Shown: in pieces, positions 56,340 to 64,000 of the stretch | How positions within the stretch are numbered: the stretch's first letter is position 1 | How the letters are laid out: the number at the start of each line of letters is the position of its first letter | Source: Eledone cirrhosa | Taxonomy: Eukaryota | Direction: 5' to 3' | Assembly (NCBI GenBank): GCA_964016885.1 | Contig: OZ024741.1 | Coordinates: 102,610,001 to 102,674,000 of the forward strand | DNA length: 64,000 nucleotides | Notes under the pieces: generated by a model | Told to the model about the DNA's origin: nothing | Databases searched by the model: none | What the model saw: only the letters and a program-made list of their open reading frames with translations | Program-made: the position numbers and the translations under genes

Positions 56340-58190
56340 TTATCCATATAGCTTCAGGAAGGTTCCGGCCCTGAGGTGTCTACATGTACCAAAGAATTCG
56401 GCCCTGAGGTGGATAAGGCTGCTCCCACCACTGAGTATCTCGAGGGTCTCGCAGTGACAGAGGTTGCAGATGCCAGATCCACCTCTATCAGGTGGTACTT
56501 TCCTGATCTTGGACCAGGCCAGAGAGTACGGCGTCCTGTCCAACTTGAGCTTCCAGATCAGTTCGCAAAGAGCCGAACTTTTTCTTTTGCCTTCCCTATT
56601 AAAGGAATGGCGATGGTTATACCATCTGTCTTTGAAGCTCGTTGATGTGGCACCTATGTAAAGGTGCTCAGAGTTGGGTTTTTTACTCTACATCCGTATA
56701 CTAAGTTCTTCATTAGGCATTCATTACTAAGGGGGCATAGTGTGGTGGTTCTGTAGTTGCAAGAGGTGGTCGACCCCTGAATGCCTATTGTGGGGTTCCC
56801 GTTGCGTAGTATGGGATGGTCTGCCCCTGGACCCGGTGGAGGTTCCCTGGGTCTGTTTGGGTTCCTATTGTAGGTTCCCTGTCCCCCATTCCTTCCCTCC
56901 ACATGGCTCTGCTGGGTGCCTATATTTCCAGCTGCTGGCTGAGTGTAGTTTCTAAGTCTACTCCTATTGATGCTAGCTATGTGCTGGGCTACGTTGCGCG
57001 TAGTAGAATATGAGATCTTTACCGTGTGTCTGTTGAAGATGTTGTGGTATCTATGGTCCTTTAGGAAGCATTATCTAGTGCTTTAAAGAATGACCGCGTC
57101 AGGCTGGTCTTTAGGCCCGCTGAGTAGGGTGGGTTGTACCACGTAATTTTTCTTAGTCTGTTCCTATGTGGGTGGGTTGAGCGTGCTGTGAGCTGTTGGG
57201 TAGTTGTTGGGTTGCTACTTGTTCCCGCATTGTTGCTTCCCCTTTGGGTGCTATGTGTTTTGCTAGCTTCTCGGCCCGTACCTGTTGGGTGGTGTTTGCC
57301 CACGCTGAGAGTTCTACAGTGGCATGATCCCCCATCAGTCCTGCTTCGTGTCTTGCGGTTGGGGGCGTCGGGCCCAGGGTAGTTAGTATCACCCCTGAGA
57401 CCGCCTCGCGTACTGGGTTTCCTTCCATGGCTAGGCGTACGCGTCCTTTTCGCTAATGTGGTGGTGCCGTCTTCATGGGTTTAGTGGCTTCCACTCTGCC
57501 TGCACTGTTAGGGTTCCCCCTCCCAGATGCTGTGGGTCGGGGGTCCGATGGGATATCTCTATCATGGCGCCTCGGGTTGTAAGATATAGTTTACCCATGG
57601 GCCGCCTTATTTAGAGCTGCGTTATAATATTCTGCGTTGCTATCAAAGATCTCCTTTTTGGCGGACAGGTTGGAAATCCTGTCCGAGACACTCTTGACTA
57701 CAGCCTTAATTATGGATCTAGGGTGGTTTGACTTAGCGTTAACATATACCAGTTTCTCGGTGGGCTTGTGATAGGGGTAGTATTGCTCAGTGTTCAGGAT
57801 TAGAGTGGTGTCTAGGAAGTTGACTACCTTTCTATTGGGGTCTAATTCAATACTGATCCCATGATTCCTAAAGAAATGCCAAATTCCCCTCTTCATTCTC
57901 TGCACCATAGTGGTTCTGTGGTCATATACAGTGAAGAGAGCATCGTCACGATATAATCCGCCGCCTAGGCAGGGGATTTCTTCTTTTATCTGCTTCAGCA
58001 GGAAGAGCCCAACCAGGTCCGTTACATGCGCAGAGTTGCTGGAGTCCATCGTGATGTGAAAGTTATTTGGCCAATCACTCCTGGTCCAAATGTCTCCACT
58101 GAAACGGATGAAGGTCTTTCGGGTGGCGTGGATGATGCCTATCTCCCGCGGGTTGGTTCTGTATTGGACATCGCTAAAATAAGAGCCTTA
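56340..58190 (-). mobile_element. Decayed 5'-truncated Penelope-like element (RT + GIY-YIG; Naiad/Neptune-like)
   Basis: GLYRDDAL, VNFLDTTL, YHKP, YVNAKSNHP, RKITWYNPPYS, CN..CPLSNECLMKNLVY, CNLCHCE; frameshifted; TA at the 5' junction. Confidence 0.85.
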
Positions 58191-58311
58191 TTATATATAT
58201 ATATATATATAATCATAACGAAGGAAGTGTGGTAAGGAACCAGGTGGACCATAACGCACCATAGTACTCGATACTTTGGGTAGTAGAGTGGGTAATAGGA
58301 AAAGGTTCAGG

Positions 58312-58405
58312 ACCCCGACGGCAGAGCTCAAACCGTTTCGACGGCTATTTCTGGACTAAATTAGATTTTTAGCGTGGTAATAAATAGCTGAACTTTTCAA
58401 GAGGT
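58312..58405 (-). ncRNA. U3:A8-variant type I HHR
   Basis: acctc TTGAAAA gttcagctattt..aaatagccgtc GAAA cggt-ttgagctct-gccg TC ggggt; GUC triplet. Confidence 0.7.
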
Positions 58406-59048
58406 AATTCCATATATGGGCATGCGTAAATCAAGCATTTCTGAAGGTTGTAGTTGTCAAAAGGATTGGTCAACATTTCTTGTAAACCTAGTTAAATCTT
58501 TCATGGCGGTGGGTATGGGGTAGGGATGGCTGAACTTGCCTGTAGAACAATGAGGGAGTGGGTGAAGCCGTTCAAGCGTTGAAAGTAAGTTCTATACAGC
58601 AAATTCTAAGGAGTGTGGATGAATTAGGCAGGCTAGAAAGCAGCCGAAAAAAAAAATTCTACAGGAATTTGAAAATGGGAAATTATAAAAATAAAAAATT
58701 AACAAATTAAAAAATTAAAATTAAAGAATTAAAAAATAAAAAATAAAAACTAGAGTCTAAAACAGCTGCTATATTTTTAGCTGGTATTGCGTTTTCGGTC
58801 GATGCTATATAGAATTTACGGGGGTGGGGGTACTAAGGCAACAAAAGCCCGATGGGTTGCCTCAGGGTAAGCGAAAAAGGAAAAGGAAGAGGAGATGGAG
58901 TGGAAGGAAGTGAGAAGAAGAGATAAAGGAAAAAAAAGAAAAGAATTACATCTACCTATGTATGCTGGGGAAGATGTTACAGCCATTGTCCACACATCCG
59001 AGTTGTGAGGGAGTTTGAGGGCAAGGTAATTCCTTTCTTTTTGGAATT

Positions 59049-59142
59049 ACTCCTTGAAAAGTTCGACTATTTATTACCACGCTAAAAATGTAATTTAGTC
59101 CAGAAATAGCCGTCGATACGGCTTGAGCTCTGCCGTCGGGGT
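59049..59142 (+). ncRNA. U3:A8-variant HHR, inverted copy (GAAA to GATA)
   Basis: actcc TTGAAAA..GATA cggc..gccg TC ggggt; forms an inverted repeat with 58297-58412. Confidence 0.6.
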
Positions 59143-59180
59143 CCTGAACATTTTCCTTATATAATCATATATACATATGC

Positions 59181-59260
<80 letters not shown>

Positions 59261-59264
<4 letters not shown>

Positions 59265-59610
59265 CTTTGGCGCCGTGCTATCCGCCCACACCAAAATTCA
59301 CACTCACACCTCATAACAATAATACGGCACAATTATTTCACCTCAATTGACCCCGCTCTCGTCAACATTACACTCAAACACATTAAAACAGAAACAGACC
59401 CCATGAAGTTCAAGAAGTCTTTAGACAAATTTCTTCAAGAAATCCTGGATAAACCTCCTACACCCGGATATGTCTCCGCAAACAATAATTCACTTGTTGA
59501 GTAGGGCATGGTGTCCGAATCCTGATTTGTAAGACTTCGCAAGGTGGTGCTATTAAGTTAGACATGGCCTGGGCCAATACTGGCCCAAACTTATCAAATT
59601 ATCAAAGTTA
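59261..59610 (+). mobile_element. 3' end of a CR1/L2-group LINE
   Basis: [25 protein letters not shown], 3' hairpin and (ttatcaaa) tail. Confidence 0.75.
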
Positions 59611-59896
59611 TATATCGCGTGTTCCAAGATGGCCCCCTCCAATCTGACTTTATTCATGCAAAATATTGTATAGGTGTTCAGTTACGTCTATGATGCGTGA
59701 TAAATGTGTGACCTTACGAACTTCTCAACACGATAACATGGTATGAGCTGGCTCTAAGCAACTTAAAAAATAAGAGTACGTCAACAAATAGTTTGGTTTC
59801 ACTATCAGAACATTATATGATATAAATGCTTCTAAACATTTAGCTGCTGCTCAGTTTCCTCCTAACTTAATTATAGATACATCTTATACTAATTTG

Positions 59897-60040
<144 letters not shown>

Positions 60041-60492
60041 CATGAAGGATTTAGTCTGTAATTATGGCAAATTGAATTAGTCTATCACTTGGTTGAACTT
60101 TAGGTCGTTGATTGAATAAATAATTTGAAAGAACAGACACTCTGCAAGACTAAAACCTTTGGAGAGAACTTTTAAAAGCATAATTTGTCCATTTAGTTTG
60201 ATGTGCATCAAATATCTAGACGAGGGTTCTAATTTACTAGGAATAAACTAGCAAGTAGTTGACATTGGTTACTACAATTTCATGTAACGTATGTAGTTGT
60301 GAAATAACATCCGATACCAGCGGGGTAGAACTGAGTTTCATTGATTAATAAATGTGTTGAAATAATAACTTTATGTTACAACATGATTTGTGTTCTAAAG
60401 AACGCTGCTATTTTACCATTTTCATCAATCTCCTGCAGTGATATCATTTATATTAAGAAAATTGTCGGTGGTTCATTAATGCACCGTATCCC

Positions 60493-60579
<87 letters not shown>

Positions 60580-61127
60580 ATACAACAAGAACAGTCCATA
60601 AATCACCATGGAACATTTCATACAACTATTTTCTCATTTTCCGAAGTTTATTTTCTATAAAAACTACAAGCAAAAATTACTTTCTTTTTTTTGCATTGCT
60701 GGAATTTATTAACCTACTATTCAAGTAATCAATGTAAACCGCCAACATATCACTTATCTACGTTATATGATGCATATACTTTAGATTAGATGGTTAATTT
60801 TAATTACTGCCTGCTTGTTTTTATTAAAGATAACATTATAGTTAATAAATAAATGACATTTTTTTATGAACACTTCATATATCTGTATTTAAATATGAGA
60901 CGGTAGAGTGTTGTTGAAAAATTGGAAGTGTTTAAAAGTTAATCAACTTTCGAAAATGGCGTAGGTGAAAGCATATCTCTGTATTTTAGAACTCCGCTTC
61001 GCAATCATATAGTTTCTTGTTCATTCCGACTTGCGCGGCCGTTTGAGCTAAAGTCTTGGGGCCATGGTTTCGGCTTGCCCAATGTATTATGAATTAAATT
61101 TTGGAAATTCTACTGAAGCCTATCATG

Positions 61128-61205
<78 letters not shown>

Positions 61206-61292
61206 GTAAAAGGTAAACAGAAATAACAACACAATCGGTACAGTATATTGGAGGAATATATTAGGTTAACGCTTGAAATAACAGGAAGAGGG

Positions 61293-61328
61293 TCTTAACG
61301 TTTCGGATGCTAATCCTTCAACAGAATA
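61293..61328 (-). ncRNA. Degenerate minimal HHR
   Basis: CTGTTGA aggat-tagc-atcc GAAA cgtt aag; A6 mutated. Confidence 0.45.
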
Positions 61329-61623
61329 AAGAATGAGAAATAAGATAGATTGAAGGGACGGGCAGGGTGCATATATATATATATGTGTGTGCGCGTGTGC
61401 GTGCATGTCATGTGTGTGTATATGTGTGTGTAACATGAGTAATTGGTTGATGGATCAAAATTGACAAAGTTATGCCAATAATGTTCATGTTTTTCAACAA
61501 CTGTCATTAGAACAAATAGATATATCCAATGTGTAATCTGTTGGGTAAATAAATCCAGGATAAAGTACGAGGGTGGGGATACGTAGCATTTAAATAATAA
61601 ATCCAAGAATTTAGGATTATACA

Positions 61624-62100
61624 TCTCTATATATAAAACTGAGGATGTCTGTCTGTGTGTTCGTGAGTTTGAATCCCTAAAACTCAAGAACTACCCAACC
61701 GACTGTTTTCAAACTTTACACATGTAATACTTATGTTTCAGGGAGTGTTCTGAGCAAAAGCAATTTCAAATTTTCAATGCCCTAGGGACCACATTAGGCG
61801 ATTTAGCGATCTCTCTCTATAATTATTAGTCTTTCTCTTTTTAGATAGATACATACATATAACGTCGCGCCCTTATAATATCTGTCTGTATGTCCGGCTG
61901 TCTGCATTACGTCACTTCCCTGAGAATGTCTGTCTCTGTGTGTGTCTCTGTGAGTTTGAATCCCTAAAACGCGAGAAGTACCCAACCGATTTTTTTCAAA
62001 CTTTACATGTGTATTACTTATGTTTCAGGGAGTGTTATATAAAAAAATATTAAAAAATCAACTTTTTGATCTCCTAGGGCCCGCACATAGTGAAAAACTG
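61624..62100 (+). mobile_element. Non-autonomous Helitron 5' region, duplicated
   Basis: a|TCtctatatataaaactgaggatgtctgtctgtgtg resembles the 23202 Helitron start; the block repeats at ~61920-62080; 3' end not identified. Confidence 0.6.
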
Positions 62101-62954
62101 CGTTTTTTAAGCTTTTTTTTTTCGAAATTATTTCCCAAGTTAAAAAATAGTCTATATTTTTGTATTTTTAACTATTCTTTAACTTAGGAAAACATTTCAA
62201 AAGCACCTGCGTCCTGAAACACAACTTTATCTAGATTTTGCAAATTGTGTGTTGAGGAAATTATCTTCATACTTAAATGTAAGAACTTTATTAATGTGCG
62301 GACGAATTTATTTAGTTCTTGTAAACATCGCCTAAATTCAACGTTTAGAACTATATATAATTACACTTATAATATTTCTACTTATTTCCATAACAATCTT
62401 ATCCATTCTGTTTTAATATATTGTTATCTCTAATCATATTTATATTTGCTATAATTTCACTTCTGAAAATTTCTTAAAATATATACATATATGATCCTAA
62501 CTTTTAAATTTTTAAATTTAAATTTAAATTTAAATTTTAATATTTTTTAAGTTTTTTTAATTCTTTATTTTTTTTTTTTATTTCTTAAATTTTTCAGATA
62601 TTTAAAAAAATTATTTAAAATTACTTAAATCTTTTTTTTTAAAATTTACTTATCTCTTATAAATTATTTTTTTTTTAATTTTCCCGAATTTTTTATATTT
62701 TTTAATAAACTTTTTTAATATCTTTTATTAGATTTATAACCACTAACTAATTCAGGCTAAACATATCTTTCAACATTTATATCTTTAACATTTATACTTA
62801 TTTTGACAAAATAGTCTCATACTAACGAATAAATAAACAAAACTTGAGTTTTTTCCGTATCTTCCCAATTTAAAATATATAAATATAAATATTCTTATTA
62901 ACTCAGTTAAATTAATTTAATTTAACTCAATATTTACTTACATTAAATATAAAC

Positions 62955-63000
62955 CCCAGCATGGCCTCAGCCGGATGGCTGAAACAGGTAAAAGAGTAAA
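62955..63000 (+). mobile_element. Isolated 3' tail of the 12030-15950 LINE family
   Basis: ccccagcatggcctcag..ggatggctg.aacaggtaaaagagtaaa. Confidence 0.75.
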
Positions 63001-63632
63001 CCAATATCCCTCATTAAAATAATTATCTATAACACGATATACCCATCTATCCATTTATCTATCTATTTATCTATTTATTGATTTATTTTTCTATTTATTT
63101 TTCTATCTATCTATCTATTTTTCTATCTATTTATTTTTCCATATATTTTTCTATCTAATTTTAGATATATTTATTTTTCTATATATATCTATTTATTTTT
63201 CTATCTACTTATAACAGTAAATATTATATTAGAAAAAAATTTTAACAACTAAATAATCGTAAATATACCTACCATTAGTAGATATATACTTAAAATGTAT
63301 TCCCCCATATTAATGTTACACGAGTTCTATTCATCCTCTTGTTAATTTCTTCTCTCTATCTCTCTCGTAATATTATTATTTTTTTCTATCTCTCTTTCTT
63401 CTATCTCTTTCTCCAGTGTCATTTAAATAAACGGTTGTTTTTCAATTATTTACATATTCATTTGCATATTCACACATGAGTTTGAATAATCCCTAATATA
63501 TTTCCACTATCCAGTGAATTTCAAACCGATAAGGTATGATTTTCATGGTTATGTCTCTATTTATAAAACAAACTTTGTATTTTATCTGATGAAAGCGTAC
63601 CAATGTTGTCTTGGTTGCCCTTAAAATATATA

Positions 63633-63814
63633 TAATTGTTTCTACTTTTGGCACAAGGCCAGCAATTACCCAGTGCATTACTGGTACTTTATTTTATCAA
63701 CCCCGTAAGGATGAAAGGCAAAGTCAACCACGGCGGGATTTGAACTCAGATCATAAAGGGACGTAACTATGCTGGAAAGCATGGCGTCCGACCCTCTACC
63801 GATACTGCCAATCC
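63633..63814 (-). mobile_element. tRNA-derived SINE
   Basis: Same family as 33478 and 36758. Confidence 0.85.
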
Positions 63815-63866
63815 ATATAATAACATAAATATGGTTTTATAAATATAGTTTCCATTTATTTAATAT

Positions 63867-64000
<134 letters not shown>

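Noticed and set aside
56340-56780. Selenocysteine recoding in the Penelope-like element
   Set aside because: The Cys positions I could read are TGC/TAC, not TGA, and no convincing SECIS was seen.

Overview
AT-rich eukaryotic (animal) non-coding DNA; the repeat families suggest a cephalopod such as Octopus (inference, no database check). I see no host protein-coding exon. Nearly all short ORFs (YI-, CV-, ER-, N-rich) are microsatellite translations. The window is a mosaic of (TA)n/(CA)n/(GA)n/(AAT)n tracts and decayed transposons: an RTE LINE, a CR1/L2-group LINE with a CCCH-finger ORF1, an internally deleted Helitron with both ends, an L1/Tx1 endonuclease fragment, four stacked R4/Dong-type 3' ends in (AAT)n, a Penelope-like element (RT + GIY-YIG), tRNA-derived SINEs, MITEs and a mariner relic. 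The main hidden signal is about 25 type I hammerhead ribozyme (HHR) motifs, read by eye, in about ten unrelated short non-coding families. Most sit next to (TA)n and many are folded back into inverted repeats. They include a ~440-bp tandem retrozyme-like family and several families with the compensatory U3:A8 core. Ribozyme folds and boundaries were derived manually and are approximate.
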